A stretch of DNA of 64,000 bases from Amoebidium appalachense (lineage: Eukaryota; Protista; Ichthyosporea), in assembly GCA_963693365.1 (NCBI GenBank), contig CAVNZM010000003.1:13484414-13548413 (forward strand). The letters are read 5' to 3'. The position numbers were made by a program, and so were the translations under genes. Positions within the stretch are counted from its first letter, which is position 1. Each line of letters starts with the position of its first letter. The notes below the pieces were generated by a model that made no database searches, had not been told where the DNA came from, and was given only the letters and a program-made list of their open reading frames with translations. This document shows, one piece after another, positions 1 to 12,267 of the stretch.

Positions 1-241
1 TCCTGCCGGGCATGGAGGGCACGTGGTTGTCGGTGGGCAGGTTGTTGAAGGTCGGCAGCCGGCTGAAGGGCACACCGTACACGCCGGCCTGGAAGGTGGC
101 GTCCGTGTGCCGTGCCCGGTAGGGGGCCGCGTAGGCAGCCTCGTACTCGGCCTCGGGTGCCAGCTTGTAGCCGTACACGGCCGCCTGCGTGGGTGTGGGC
201 GCCAGTGGAATTCCGTTGACGTTGGCCATGGTCGCGTTCAT
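1..241 (-). CDS. Possible N-terminal fragment of an unidentified ORF running off the window start
   Basis: ATG at 241 (minus) begins MNATMANVNGIPLAPTPTQAAVYGYKLAPEAEYEAAY in GC-rich coding-like sequence; no diagnostic motif. Confidence 0.25.
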   Translation of the reverse strand, partial: MNATMANVNGIPLAPTPTQAAVYGYKLAPEAEYEAAYAAPYRARHTDATFQAGVYGVPFSRLPTFNNLPTDNHVPSMPGR

Positions 242-1069
242 ACTTGCTAGGTGGCCCACACAATTTGCACCTTTGAGTTATTAAGCCTCCACCGTCACCT
301 CACGGGCACCGGACAGCACCAGCACGTTCTCGTGGTGCACGAAGGTGTCGAGGGTCAGGTCGTCCTGAACCGTGTGTAAAATTGTATAAGTATTTGGGAT
401 GGAAGCAGAGACACAGTGGTGCAGTGTGAAAACACCACAGACACACAACAACAAAACACGGAACGATCGGAGCAGTGTACACAACAGACATCAATGTTTA
501 GACACGACTGAACTCAATTTATTTTGATCTCGAATAAATACCTGAAATTCCCTTAAGTTAAATCCATACATGATTTCCGACCAGTCGGAAATCAGATCTA
601 TGTCTAAAATAACCAATCACAATTAACTGATTATTTCCCGGATAGATCCGGAGACACAGGAACGCACACCATAGGTCACAGCTATAAGAAAGAAATGAGG
701 TGAAGAGTAACGAGGAAAGAGGTGATGTTTCTAACCTATCATCGGCTACAAAGACTCAGACATTTTCTGACTAAGTCCACTGATTGGATATAGTACGGCA
801 ACACACAAAACAAAAGTGGTTGACTAAGCTATGAATCATACATGACAAGCTAAAGTGTAACCTAAGTGTTTTTCTACCAATCAAAACATAACGAGTAATA
901 TAAATATACTCAACGTATATTAGTGAGAAAGAAATATAATTATGTGAAAGGAAACAAGAGAAGAAAGAAAGAGAAAAGAAAGAAGAAGAAAGAGGAAAAA
1001 GAAAAGAAAGCACGAGAGAAAACTCCGACCTTTCGGTCCTACGTTGTATGGCTCATCAGTCGAAACCCC

Positions 1070-1112
<43 letters not shown>

Positions 1113-1302
1113 CCAACCACCATCCCTCCCCACCCCACCCCAATCCTCTCCCCCCACACCCTTAAGCCAACGGTTCGAGTGAATGGCCAGACTGCAAGGG
1201 GCACACACGCATATAGTCATGTACCGTGACTGTCAAACACACACGTACCGCTGGTCACGCGACACTGTCATACACTGTACATAACACACACCATCTGGCG
1301 CT

Positions 1303-1323
1303 ATGACACACACCCACACCGCG

Positions 1324-1400
<77 letters not shown>

Positions 1401-1604
1401 ACACGCACACGCACACACACGCATGCACGCCGCCGCACACACACCCACATGCACACGCGCACACACACAAACGGCGCACTCACGCACACACAATGGCACA
1501 TATATGCACACACAGGTGTATATACTTGTGTGTGCGTGCATGAGCACGCTCTCACCGCCACACCGTGAATGACAGGCATACACAGGTGATGCATGGCGCG
1601 CTTG

Positions 1605-1638
<34 letters not shown>

Positions 1639-1660
1639 GGCACACACACACACTGGCGCG

Positions 1661-1748
<88 letters not shown>

Positions 1749-1796
1749 GTGACCGTGCACACACACACACATACACACACACACACCGTGACCGTG

Positions 1797-1827
<31 letters not shown>

Positions 1828-1836
1828 ACACTCAGT

Positions 1837-1882
<46 letters not shown>

Positions 1883-1891
1883 CACACACAC
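1303..1891. repeat. Compound (CA)n/(CG)n microsatellite
   Basis: Long interrupted CA dinucleotide runs seen directly. Confidence 0.95.
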
Positions 1892-2040
1892 AGTAACTGC
1901 TGAGTGCACACACAACGTGACTTCCTTCACATACAAGCATACCCACACAGGTTCTGTGTCTCCTTTCACTCACTCAAATCCATTTTATTTTCATTTTTAC
2001 CGTGGCATGCATGCCAGTAATACAGTACATTAAATACACA

Positions 2041-2105
2041 CTACAAATCGTGCTCGAAGCACTCATCATCATTATCAGGGAACTCATACGAAACATTGGC
2101 ATTTA
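2041..2105 (-). pseudogene. C-terminal 21 codons and stop of the Transib/RAG1-like transposase (piece 4)
   Basis: Joining 17326 to 2105 (removing 2106-17325) continues the frame: ...LQRLKDAY-LNANVSYEFPDNDDECFEHDL-TAG; AATAAA lies about 50 nt downstream on the minus strand. Confidence 0.8.
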
Positions 2106-2455
2106 GGTTTTATTTGTGGAAACTATTGACATAAATATTTTTCTGGGTAAACACGTAGGATGGGTGTTCGGTACCAACATAACCATGTAGGCTTCATTTC
2201 GTGTTTTAGCAGTTAGCGGTTGGCTGCCCGCACACGGGCACCTATTAGCCAGTCAAAACATCAGATACCACAGATCACTAGACCGAGTTATGATTGGCTC
2301 GGATCAGATTTCACATATCACTAGATCGATTTTTGATTGGCTCAGATCGGTAGGCTTAGGTATATAAGCACGACAGTTTTTAGCAGATCAGCAAGCTACA
2401 AACACATCTTCTGTGTTTAGCATCCACAGCCTTACAGCTATATATTCCTTTTTCA
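2106..2455 (+). repeat. Ngaro split direct repeat A1 (350 bp)
   Basis: Recurs at 12891 (partial), 16757, and reversed ending at 20229, about 32862, 37733, about 50912 and 55842. Confidence 0.92.
2292..2368 (+). promoter_or_regulatory. Putative Pol II promoter in repeat A
   Basis: Two GATTGGCTC (reverse CCAAT) motifs then TATATAAG about 120 nt upstream of the gag ATG; also present in the diverged copy 2. Confidence 0.55.
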
Positions 2456-2485
2456 TTCTCCCTATCTTTCCCTACGCCGGTCAGC

Positions 2486-3660
2486 ATGCCGCCGAAAAAG
2501 CGCCAGGCCTCAGCCGCCGCCCCTGCCGCGGCACCTAAGCGCCTGACCCGCAGCGACCTCCGCCACAGGCTGACCAACGCTCCCGCGGACACTGACGCGC
2601 CTTCAGCGGCCCATACCACCACGGACCCGGACCCGCCGGCTACTCTCCCCTCCACTCCTGAAGTCCCCCCTCAGGCCCCGCCGTCCCCCGCAGATGACTT
2701 CTCAAGACGCCGTCCTGGCCGCCCTCACCGCCATCAGCACCCAGATGGCTGGCGTCCTGGCTGCTCTCACCAACCGCGACCCTCCCGCGCCCCCCCGCCG
2801 CGCCTTCCACACCCGGGGAGGTTTCCCCGGGGCTGCATCTCGGCCCTGACCTAGACCTACCTGCCCTGCCCGCGCCCCCCATCACAGGTGAGAACACTGG
2901 CGACATTCAGCCGGGCACACTCCCGCTTCCCCCCGCGGATGTGCTGGCAGATTTGCGCGCCAATCGTTTCGTCGACCTGTATAAGTTCACCCCCCGCCGC
3001 CCTCCTGGCCCCATCCAAGAAAGGTCAGCATCTGCGCATGGCCGACGACGGCAGCATCGAGACTTTTCGCCAAGACAAACCCGTTCCCCTGCGTTCACTC
3101 GTCATTTGGATCCAAGCTTGGACCCATTACATGGCCGCCAAGCACCACCTCGGCCTCCCCACGGACAAAGACGTACTTTGGACTCAGCACATCACTCGCC
3201 TCAGCACCCGATACCCGTGGGCCCAGATCCACAACTATGACGTATACGCCCGCACCGTTGCCCACCAGCAGGTTCGGGCTCCGATCGAGTGTCCCAACCT
3301 GCTCGCCCAACTCCACCAGGATCTCCTCCTGCCACCCACTCTGCTCATCCCGGACGCATGTCAGCGCTGTAGATTCCCCCCGACCACCCCAGCGCAGCCT
3401 GCCCCATGTACCCCAAGCCCGGCTGTGGTCTTGACGGCTTTAAGCCGCCCCACAAGCCCGGCGGGGGTCAAACCCCTAACCGCCCTGGCCCGCAACCCGG
3501 CCCGGCAAAACCGGCCCGACCCGTGGATCTACCCGCGACGCACTGCAGGAATTTCCACATTAACGGTCGGTCCTGCGCTAAGCAGCCCTGCCCCTTCTCC
3601 CACGTGTGCCCGCTCTGCTCTGGCACACACCCCCGCAAAGACTGCAAGCACAATGCCTAG
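2486..3660 (+). pseudogene. gag: Ngaro gag-like ORF1 (frameshifted)
   Basis: MPPKKRQ start; C-terminal CRNFHINGRSCAKQPCPFSHVCPLCSGTHPRKDC zinc fingers; frameshifts at C-runs relative to copies 2 and 3. Confidence 0.8.
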
Positions 3661-3944
3661 TCTTCGCGCACACCCACACACACCGCTAGAACATAGGGGT
3701 TACTAATAGGAGCTAGGACACACGAGTACAGGGAAACGGAGCTCGGGAGAACGGGCCAATAGGGCTGAGTACAAAATTTCGCAGGCCAACTACGGCGCCC
3801 GCGCGCGTCAAGAATAAATGTCCCTACACAAAGACGTTTATTCTGGCCACTGCACATAATTTTACTCCCCCCCCCATCCCACGAGCCTCCCCCCCCCCCC
3901 CTTACACTCACCTAGCACTCCCTCCCCCCCCTTCTTCTACCTCT

Positions 3945-4058
3945 GTGTCCGCCCACACCCCGCGTGCTCGGGCACATTCCCCTGCACAGGGCCCCGCTGC
4001 CCTCCCTGCCCACCCTCACTTGGGCCCAGCTGCCCTACTCTAACCCCCCGGGGCCCTG

Positions 4059-4092
<34 letters not shown>

Positions 4093-5788
4093 CTGCGGGG
4101 ATCTCCCCAAGGGTACACCACCCTTGCTAACCACCCCCTTCCCCCCGAGGCTCAGACCCGGAGGCCCGCCCGCTGCCCCAGCACCACATTGACACCTCCC
4201 GCCTCCGGGAACTGCTGGCCTCCTACCCGGACCAACCATTCGCCACACAACTCCTCCACGATGTCGAATTCGGCGTCGACATCGGCTATCGCGGCCCCTC
4301 CACCTCTCGGGTGGGCCCCAACCTACCCACCACCCCGGAGGCAGCTGCCGCTATCACGGTGGATATTGCCAAAGAAGTCGCCCTCGGCCACCTGCGCGGC
4401 CCCCTCTCCCCGGCCCAATTCTTTGACGAATTTCCGGTCCACCGCTCCTCCCCCATTGGCGCCGTTACCAAGAAAGGGAACCCCCCCAAGTACCGTCGAA
4501 TCCACCACCTCTCCTGGCCCCGGGGTAGCAGTGTCAATGACAGCATCACCTACCCCGACGAACTTCAGTACATTCGCGCCCGGGATGTCACCCAACTCAT
4601 TCTCGACGCAGGCCCCGGCTGCTACATGGCCGTGGCAGATGTGCAGGCTGCCTTCCGGCACATGCCCATCCGACCGGAAGACCACCACTTAATGGCATTC
4701 AAATGGCAAGGGCATTTTTACGTTGAAACCAGACTGCCCTTCGGCCTGAAATCTAGCCCAGCCATCTGGGAACGGATCGCGGCCACCCTACAGTGGCTGG
4801 CACACCAGCACGGTATTACCCTCATCCGCCACTACGTAGACGACTGGATTATAGTCGCCCCCACACAAGAGCAGTGCCAACGTCACCTATCCACCTTCCT
4901 GCAACTCTGCCGAGAGCTGCACATTGCCATCTCCGAAGACAAGATGCAGGGCCCGGCTACCCGTGTCGTCTTCATCGGTATCGAATTCGACTCCATCGCC
5001 ATGGAGGCACGAATCCCGGCTTCCAAGCTCTCGGACCTACTCGACCTCACTTCCCACCCAAAGCCCACCATCACCATTCGGGACCTCCAGTCCCTCCTCG
5101 GCAAACTCACCTGGTGTGCCCAGCTGGTTCCCCCCGGGAGGGCCTTCTCCCAGCGCCTATGGGCCCTTCTCCGGACCCACCCACACCTTGCCGGCCACCA
5201 CCACATACGACTGACTGCTGCCGCCCGGGCCGACATAGCCGAATGGCACCAGTTCCTCACATCATGGAATGGGGTGCACCTCATCACACCCCCCACATAC
5301 ACCACCCTGGCCACTGATGCTGCCGGATCGGTGGGTCTACATCACATGTAGGAGGCCACTGGCTCGACCAATGGTTCTTCATGCCCTGGTCCCCCTCCAC
5401 CCAAGCCCTCTATGCTCATGAGGGTAAACTCGGTTCTTCCGTCATCGAACTCCTGGCCATCGCAGCCGCCGTGGCCCTCTGGGCCCCCTCCTGGTCCACC
5501 CACCATGTCCGTATTTTATGCGACAACACGGGTGCTGTGTCTGACCTGCACTCCCGGTCTTCCCCCCACCCCGTGATGGCCAAACTTATTCGGTTCATCA
5601 CCCGCATGGAAATGCAATACCAATTTATGTTACAGGCATCCTACCTACCAGGACCCCTCAACCATCTGGCCGATGCCATTTCTCGTAACCAACTTCCCCG
5701 GGCCCGACGACTCCGACCTTCCCTGCAACCGGAGCCCTGCCCCTTCCCCTCCTGGGTCCACGAGTTCCTATCCCTTCCCTTGGGCTAA
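3945..5788 (+). pseudogene. pol: Ngaro reverse transcriptase/RNase H, disrupted by an 11-bp insertion
   Basis: ADVQAAFRH, RLPFGLKSSP, YVDD; RNase H TDAAGS..IELLA..CDNT..N-x2-ADAISR; extra bases at 5340-5350. Confidence 0.92.
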
Positions 5789-5844
5789 CCCCCCCCCCCC
5801 CCCCCCCCCCCCCAGATCTCCCGTTCCGGAGCAACACTGGCAGA

Positions 5845-6376
5845 TTGGCCCCCCACTTTGCTCCGGCCGAGCTGCTTCGAGCCACCACTACCCTGCAGGA
5901 ATGCCAGGCCCTGAGTCTCAACCTCGACTCTCGGGCCTTTTACTCCCCGGGTGCAAAAAGGGTTCATCGATTTCTGTGTGGCATCTCGGCTGCAATCCTC
6001 CTCCGGGTCCTCCCTCCCGGCCTCCCCACACACCGTGCAACTTTTTCTCGCCTGGTGTGCCCAACGAGGGGTACAGGCCTCTTCCTTAACCGGCTACAAT
6101 TCGGCCATCACTAGGCTCCACCTCGACATGGGCCTCCCTGCTCCCTACCCCCACGACAAGTCTCTGGCCTGGTTCCTACGGGGGGTGGGCCGATGGCAGC
6201 TTTCTCACAACATCCGACCCCGCTCATCCACCAGGGAACCCCTCCTCCCCTCCCACCTCCGCCTACTCCATGGCCAGTGCCCCACCAAGGCCTCCTCGGC
6301 CAATCTCCGGCTATGGACGGCCCTCATCGTCGGTTTCTGTGGTCTCCTCCGTTCAGGGGAATTTACCTCCAAGACC
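5845..6376 (+). pseudogene. Tyrosine recombinase, 5' half (interrupted by copia)
   Basis: Matches intact YR 51031-52062 up to GLLRSGEFTSKT. Confidence 0.9.
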
Positions 6377-7144
6377 TGTTGGACATTGTGTTCATAGAAG
6401 CTAGTTCTAGTGCACGTTGTTCCTTCTGTAAGTCAGAAATGATTGCATCTTGTGAGGCCAACCTCTGCTCCAGTAGTTGGACTAGTTGCTGCAACTGTAA
6501 GTTGTCAGACATAGTGTCGTGTATGATGGGTAACTAGTCTATGTGTTTTGTGCACTGGAAACGACAGTAGAAAAGTGTAAATCAAACGTTCTGCTTCCCA
6601 TGTTTGTGACATGGGAGGCACTGCTTTATATAGTCGTTGGCCACCTCATGGTGGCCTCGTGTGCACCCTGGTGGTGGGCCATGTACAGCATGGCCGAAAA
6701 GAGAGCACAATGAAAACAAGTCGTTAAAGAGATATAAAAGTTAACTGTGCACGTTGAGTGGCTAGTTAACTTGCACTAAAGCACACAAATAAACGTGTTT
6801 AACACACCAATTGCAGTTAAACGTAAATCTTGCTTCACACAACTAAAAATATTCTGAGAATATCCGGGAATAAAGCACACTACCACTCTAAGAATAGAAT
6901 CCTGTGGCAAATATAGACATGACATCATCTGAACCGGGAATAGCCGAAAAGAGAGCACAATTAGCACGTTGCTAGTGAAGCTCGTCATTGGTACAGTTTT
7001 GGCTCAAACATATAACTACCATATATGAATATGACCGTAAACAAAAGCTCTATGCACTCGAGTGAGTGTTGAAACAGTTATTCAATTGCTCAGAAACTTT
7101 CTCTAACAGACATTGCTAGCCGGGAGTACCAGTGTACTCCAACA
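6377..7144 (-). repeat. Copia 3' LTR
   Basis: Direct repeat of 11500-12267; preceded on the minus strand by a PPT. Confidence 0.95.
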
Positions 7145-7331
7145 CCCCTACTCAATTGGATAATTATGGTATGAATTAATGCAACTGAGCTCGAGTGCTT
7201 CAGGTGCACAAAATACAGACAATAAAGATTCCCCTACTCAATTTTAGTATGGTACACGTAGTTGCACAGTCGGATGCAACTCTCTCCCCCCCCCCTGAAG
7301 TATGAGGGCGCAGTTGGTTGATGACGGGTGC

Positions 7332-9732
7332 TCAGCACATGTTGAGCATCCCCACGGCCTTGGTGAAGAAAGAGGCAGACAGGGCCTTGGTGAACATGTC
7401 GGCCTTGTTGTCAGCAGAAGCCACCGGGACCACAGTGATGTTGCCCAGCAGGTGATGTTCCTTGACGGAGCAGTAGCGGACGTCGAGTGCTGGTCTTGGG
7501 CTTAACCCCCAGGGTGTCCAGCAGGGCCCGGGCAGACTCATTGTCCCCATGGATGGGCACCGGGGTGGGCTCATTGATAGGATTAAGGCCCAGGTCGTCC
7601 ATCACATAGTTGAGCCATAGGGCCTCGTTCGTAGCAGCAGACATGGCCACAAATTCAGCCTCAGTGGAGCTGTGGGTGGTGATGGACTGGAGCCGAGACA
7701 CCCAGGACACAGGGGAGGAGTTGATGAAGAAGACATAGCCCGTGGTGGAGCGCCGGGTGTCGCGGTCCTCGGCGTAGTCGGAGTCGGAGTAGCCAACAAG
7801 GTTGGGGGGGCCGGGACGGTAGACAATACCCAGGTCGATGGTGGCCAGCAGGTAGCTTACAACTCTGGTAGCCATAGTCCAGTGGGTGACGGTGGGCGCA
7901 TGAATGTGTCGAGTAAGGACTCCCAGAGCCTGGGAAATGTCGGGGCGGGTGGTACGCGCAATCCACAGCAGGGCACCGACCAGGCTGGCATAGTCCTCCT
8001 TCTTGCTGTAGGCTGGGGTCTTGTTGCTTTCACTGGCCTGGCCCGGGACGATGGGGGTCTTGGTGCCGGACATGTGGGTGAGACGAAAACGGGCAGCCAA
8101 GTCGATGATGTGTTGACGATGGCCCAGACGCAGAGACCCGTCCTCCAGCCAGGTAAGAGTGTGCCCGATGAGCAGGGTAGGACGACCCAGGTCCTTGGCA
8201 GAGAAACGAGCATCCAGCTTGGTGAAAAAATCGTCGATGAGCGCATCAGTGGCGGCCGTCACGGTGAAGTCATCCACGTAGGCAGCAAGGGCAATAAACG
8301 TTGGGGTCCCGGCATTCTTGATGAACAGGCACGGGTCAGCAGCACTCACAATGAAGCCTTGGTCGAGGAGATGGTCACGGAGGGCCTCATACCACTGGCG
8401 CGTTGCCTGTTTTAGGCCGTAGAGCGCCTTGTGGAGCAAGCCGACAGCATGGGGGGCCGAGGGGTTGACGAAGCCAGGGGGCTGCTCAATGTAGATGGTC
8501 TCGTTGACGGTGCCGTTGAGGAATGCTGTGTTGACGTCGATGTGGCGCAGAGGCAGACCTTGGGCCACGGAGGTAGCCAAAACCAGCCGGATGGTAGCCA
8601 GCGCAGCCACAGGTGACTCGGTGACGAAATAGTCCTGGCCAGGCTGCTGGTAGTTGCCCCGGGCCACAAGCCGGGCCTTGAAAGCAGTGACGTTGCCGAC
8701 GTTGTCCTGCTTGACCGTAAAGACCCAGCCGACCGGAATGACAGTGGAGCCATCCTCTGGACGGGGCACAAGGGTGAAGGTGCCGTTGTCTTCCAGGGCC
8801 TTGAGCTCACGGTGTTCACTGCTGGCAGCCTCCTCCCATTTCAGACGCTGGGGACTCTTGAGTGCAGCCCGGACAGTCTTGGGGACAACAATGGTGGAAG
8901 CCTTGATGGGTGTTGATGCAGGAGCCGTAGCCTGGGGGGCAAGGGGGGCCGTAGCAGCAGCCACGTTGGCAGTCGGGCCTCGACGTTGGTCGTTGTACAC
9001 AGCGCCACTATGGGTCGTCCGGGGGAGCCGATGTGCAGGCTCGGGCAGGATCGGAATGTCCAATTGATCACTCGGCGCTGTCCCATTGGCTGACAGACGA
9101 GACGAATCAGATTGCTGATCATTCCGGACGATGTGATTGGCTGGCTGATTTGACGAATCAGATGACTCCAAAAAATGATGAATTGCCGGTGCGGTCGACC
9201 AATCAGATGGGACATCACGGAGGGGGTGCAGAATAGCAGCCTCGTCGAACTGCACGTCACGGCTGACGGTCATCTTGTGTGCTGCTGGAATCCAGACCTT
9301 GTAGCCCTTGATGTTAGGAGGGTAGCCCACGAAGATGCCCTTGACGGCACGAGGCGCCAGTTTCGGTGTATCCTGTTGATGGACGTAGCAGGGAGAGCCC
9401 CAGACACGGAGCCGGCTGTAGTCGGGAGGAATGCCGGTCCACAGCAGGGCGGGAGACGATTGGCTGCCGGTGGCTCGCGACGGGAGCATGTTGCGTATAA
9501 AAGCCGCGGTCACAGCTGCCTCGGCCCAGAATCCCACCGGAAGGCCGGACTGCTGCAGGAGTGCCCGAACCATGTCGAGGAGGGTCCGGTTCAGTCGTTC
9601 GGCAGTCCCATTCTGTTGAGGAGAGCCGGTGGTAGTGATCTGATGGCGAATGCCATGCTCACGGTTGTAGTCCCCGAAGGCCGTGCCCATGTACTCGCCC
9701 CCCGTCGGACTGAAACACCTGCATGGGAACAC
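7332..9732 (-). CDS. pol: Copia pol: integrase core, RT, RNase H (frameshifts near 9700 and 7480)
   Basis: PQQNGTAERLNR, FKARLVARG, HIDVNTAFL, LYGLKQ, YVDD, GYSDSDYA, ADMFTKAL. Confidence 0.93.
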
Positions 9733-11635
9733 CGTGTTGGGTAACCGCCGCCTTGTGGTACGTCACATATGCAGCCAGTGTGTCCGACTTCTTGACGAGG
9801 GGCACGGCCGTGGTGTGGCCGGTGAATTCGTCGTGGAACGTCGCCAAGTACTGAGCACCACCGATCGCGGGAGGGAAGGGGCCGCTGATGTCGCTGTGAA
9901 CCTTGGCTAGGACCCGGGGAGCTTGGCTAGTTGATTCGGAGAAGGCAACACGGTGGGCTTTGCCGAGGGCACAGGGCTCACACACGCCCGGAGACTTGGC
10001 ACCGCCACCCACCAACAGGCCTGCAGACTTGATGACCGAGCGTACAGCGTCAATGCCAGCATGGCCCAGACGGTAGTGCCACGTGTTGAGGTCGGCAGTA
10101 ACCTTGAGGATACGCGGAGCAGTGGTGGTTTGGGCGTCCGGGGTTGTGTCCGCGCGCAGAAGAAACACCGCCATGTGGTACAGCTTGGTGCCGACAGCCG
10201 AGCCGGTAGCCAGAATTTGATCGCCGTAGCACAACTTAACGCCGCCGCGGGTGTCAAAGCGGGGTAAAACACCGTTGGTAGTTGCCGTGAACACACTGAT
10301 GAGAGTGTCGGGGATGGAGGGCACGTAGAGTACATCCGTCAGCTGATGCACCGCAGTAACGCCGTCGATGGTGCTGGAAAAGAACACGTCGCCCACCCCA
10401 AGCACTGCACATGCACCCTTGTCGGCTACTTGGACCGTGGAGTAAGGCGCCGCACGCATGTTGATGAACACATCGGGCCGGGGGCACACATGGTCAGTGG
10501 CTCCAGAGTCGAGGAGCACCTTGTTGGTGCCACAGTCGTTGCTAGACATGAGGAAAGCCCGGGGAGCGGCAGCCCCCCCCTTGCACTGTGCCGTAGTGTG
10601 GGTAGTAGAGGCAGGGTGGTTGATGCAGGACCCAGGCGGGAGGGGACCACCCTTAGGTTTGCGGCCGTTGGCACGGTTGCCCCCCTTGCACATGGCGGTA
10701 GTGTGACTGGTAGACAGTGGGTGGTTGACGCAGGAACCCTTGGGGTAGGTGCTGGCACGGTTGTTGCCAGAGTTGCTGTGTTGGCCGTTGCCGTTGGGGC
10801 ACTGAGACTTGATGTGGCCTGGTTTGCCGCAGCCGTGGCAGATGACAGGTTGAGGAGCCCGTGTGGTGAAGGCGGCCGGCCCGGAGCTGGTAGTCACACG
10901 TGCACGTGGGTGGCTGGTCTCATATGCCCGTAGCTGTTGGAGGAGGCCCATCACGGTAGGCTTGGGTGTCATCTTGTAGGCAATTACAGGCATTTCGTAG
11001 TAAGGCACCTTGCCGAGGTCGTTGGTGAGCTTGGTCAGCACTTGAGCATCACCAATTTGTGTGCCGTAATCGGCCAGGCGCCGCACGTAGCCGCGGAGTT
11101 TCATGGCGTATTTCGTCGCGGTGTCCGTAGGTTCAGGCGTAGAATTCATGTACAGCCCGATAAGGTCGTACTGATTGGCCTCAGATTGCTCCAGGTAGTG
11201 GGCAGATAGGGCCGACCATATCTCCGCAGGTGTGGTGGTGCGTGTTAACCCTAGGATACAACGCACGTCAACCGAGAGTGCTTGCCACAGGTAGGAACGG
11301 GCAGTGTCGACCTGTTCACGGGTAGCCGGGTGCTCCGTACTGGGCGCGATGGTGTGGAGAAGACCAGCACCAGAAAGCTGGACATACATGGTTTCGGCCC
11401 ATGTGTGGTAGTCCGTGCCTGAATCATTATCAATGCCAGTGAAGAGAGGGATGTCGACCTTGAACTTGATGGAATCATTACGTGAGGGGCCCATAACCCT
11501 GTTGGACATTGTGTTCATAGAAGCTAGTTCTAGTGCACGTTGTTCCTTCTGTAAGTCAGAAATGATTGCATCTTGTGAGGCCAACCTCTGCTCCAGTAGT
11601 TGGACTAGTTGCTGCAACTGTAAGTTGTCAGACAT
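9659..11635 (-). CDS. gag: Copia gag, protease and integrase N-terminus
   Basis: CHGCGKPGHIKSQC knuckle, LLDSGATDH protease, WHYRLGH..CEPC integrase zinc finger. Confidence 0.93.
   Translation of the reverse strand: MSDNLQLQQLVQLLEQRLASQDAIISDLQKEQRALELASMNTMSNRVMGPSRNDSIKFKVDIPLFTGIDNDSGTDYHTWAETMYVQLSGAGLLHTIAPSTEHPATREQVDTARSYLWQALSVDVRCILGLTRTTTPAEIWSALSAHYLEQSEANQYDLIGLYMNSTPEPTDTATKYAMKLRGYVRRLADYGTQIGDAQVLTKLTNDLGKVPYYEMPVIAYKMTPKPTVMGLLQQLRAYETSHPRARVTTSSGPAAFTTRAPQPVICHGCGKPGHIKSQCPNGNGQHSNSGNNRASTYPKGSCVNHPLSTSHTTAMCKGGNRANGRKPKGGPLPPGSCINHPASTTHTTAQCKGGAAAPRAFLMSSNDCGTNKVLLDSGATDHVCPRPDVFINMRAAPYSTVQVADKGACAVLGVGDVFFSSTIDGVTAVHQLTDVLYVPSIPDTLISVFTATTNGVLPRFDTRGGVKLCYGDQILATGSAVGTKLYHMAVFLLRADTTPDAQTTTAPRILKVTADLNTWHYRLGHAGIDAVRSVIKSAGLLVGGGAKSPGVCEPCALGKAHRVAFSESTSQAPRVLAKVHSDISGPFPPAIGGAQYLATFHDEFTGHTTAVPLVKKSDTLAAYVTYHKAAVTQHGVPMQVFQSDGGRVHGHGLRGLQP
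11487..11498 (-). promoter_or_regulatory. Primer-binding site (tRNAiMet anticodon-arm type)
   Basis: GGTTATGGGCCC one base inside the 5' LTR, as in copia and Ty5. Confidence 0.9.
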
Positions 11636-12267
11636 AGTGTCGTGTATGATGGGTAACTAGTCTATGTGTTTTGTGCACTGGAAACGACAGTAGAAAAGTG
11701 TAAATCAAACGTTCTGCTTCCCATGTTTGTGACATGGGAGGCACTGCTTTATATAGTCGTTGGCCACCTCATGGTGGCCTCGTGTGCACCCTGGTGGTGG
11801 GCCATGTACAGCATGGCCGAAAAGAGAGCACAATGAAAACAAGTCGTTAAAGAGATATAAAAGTTAACTCTGCACGTTGAGTGGCTAGTTAACTTGCACT
11901 AAAGCACACAAATAAACGTGTTTAACACACCAATTGCAGTTAAACGTAAATCTTGCTTCACACAACTAAAAATATTCTGAGAATATCCGGGAATAAAGCA
12001 CACTACCACTCTAAGAATAGAATCCTGTGGCAAATATAGACATGACATCATCTGAACCGGGAATAGCCGAAAAGAGAGCACAATTAGCACGTTGCTAGTG
12101 AAGCTCGTCATTGGTACAGTTTTGGCTCAAACATATAACTACCATATATGAATATGACCGTAAACAAAAGCTCTATGCACTCGAGTGAGTGTTGAAACAG
12201 TTATTCAATTGCTCAGAAACTTTCTCTAACAGACATTGCTAGCCGGGAGTACCAGTGTACTCCAGCA
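11500..12267 (-). repeat. Copia 5' LTR (contains the gag start codon)
   Basis: Direct repeat of 6377-7144; gag ATG at 11635. Confidence 0.95.

Larger units (their letters stand above)
6377..12267 (-). mobile_element. Full-length young Ty1/copia LTR retrotransposon
   Basis: 768-bp near-identical TG..CA LTRs, 5-bp TSD AGACC (6372-6376 and 12268-12272), PBS GGTTATGGGCCC, PPT GAGTAGGGG, PR-IN-RT-RH order. Confidence 0.97.

Noticed and set aside
1044-2040. RAG2-like convergent partner gene, and the long VC/HT-repeat ORFs
   Set aside because: The ORFs are translations of (CA)n microsatellite; no kelch or PHD signal
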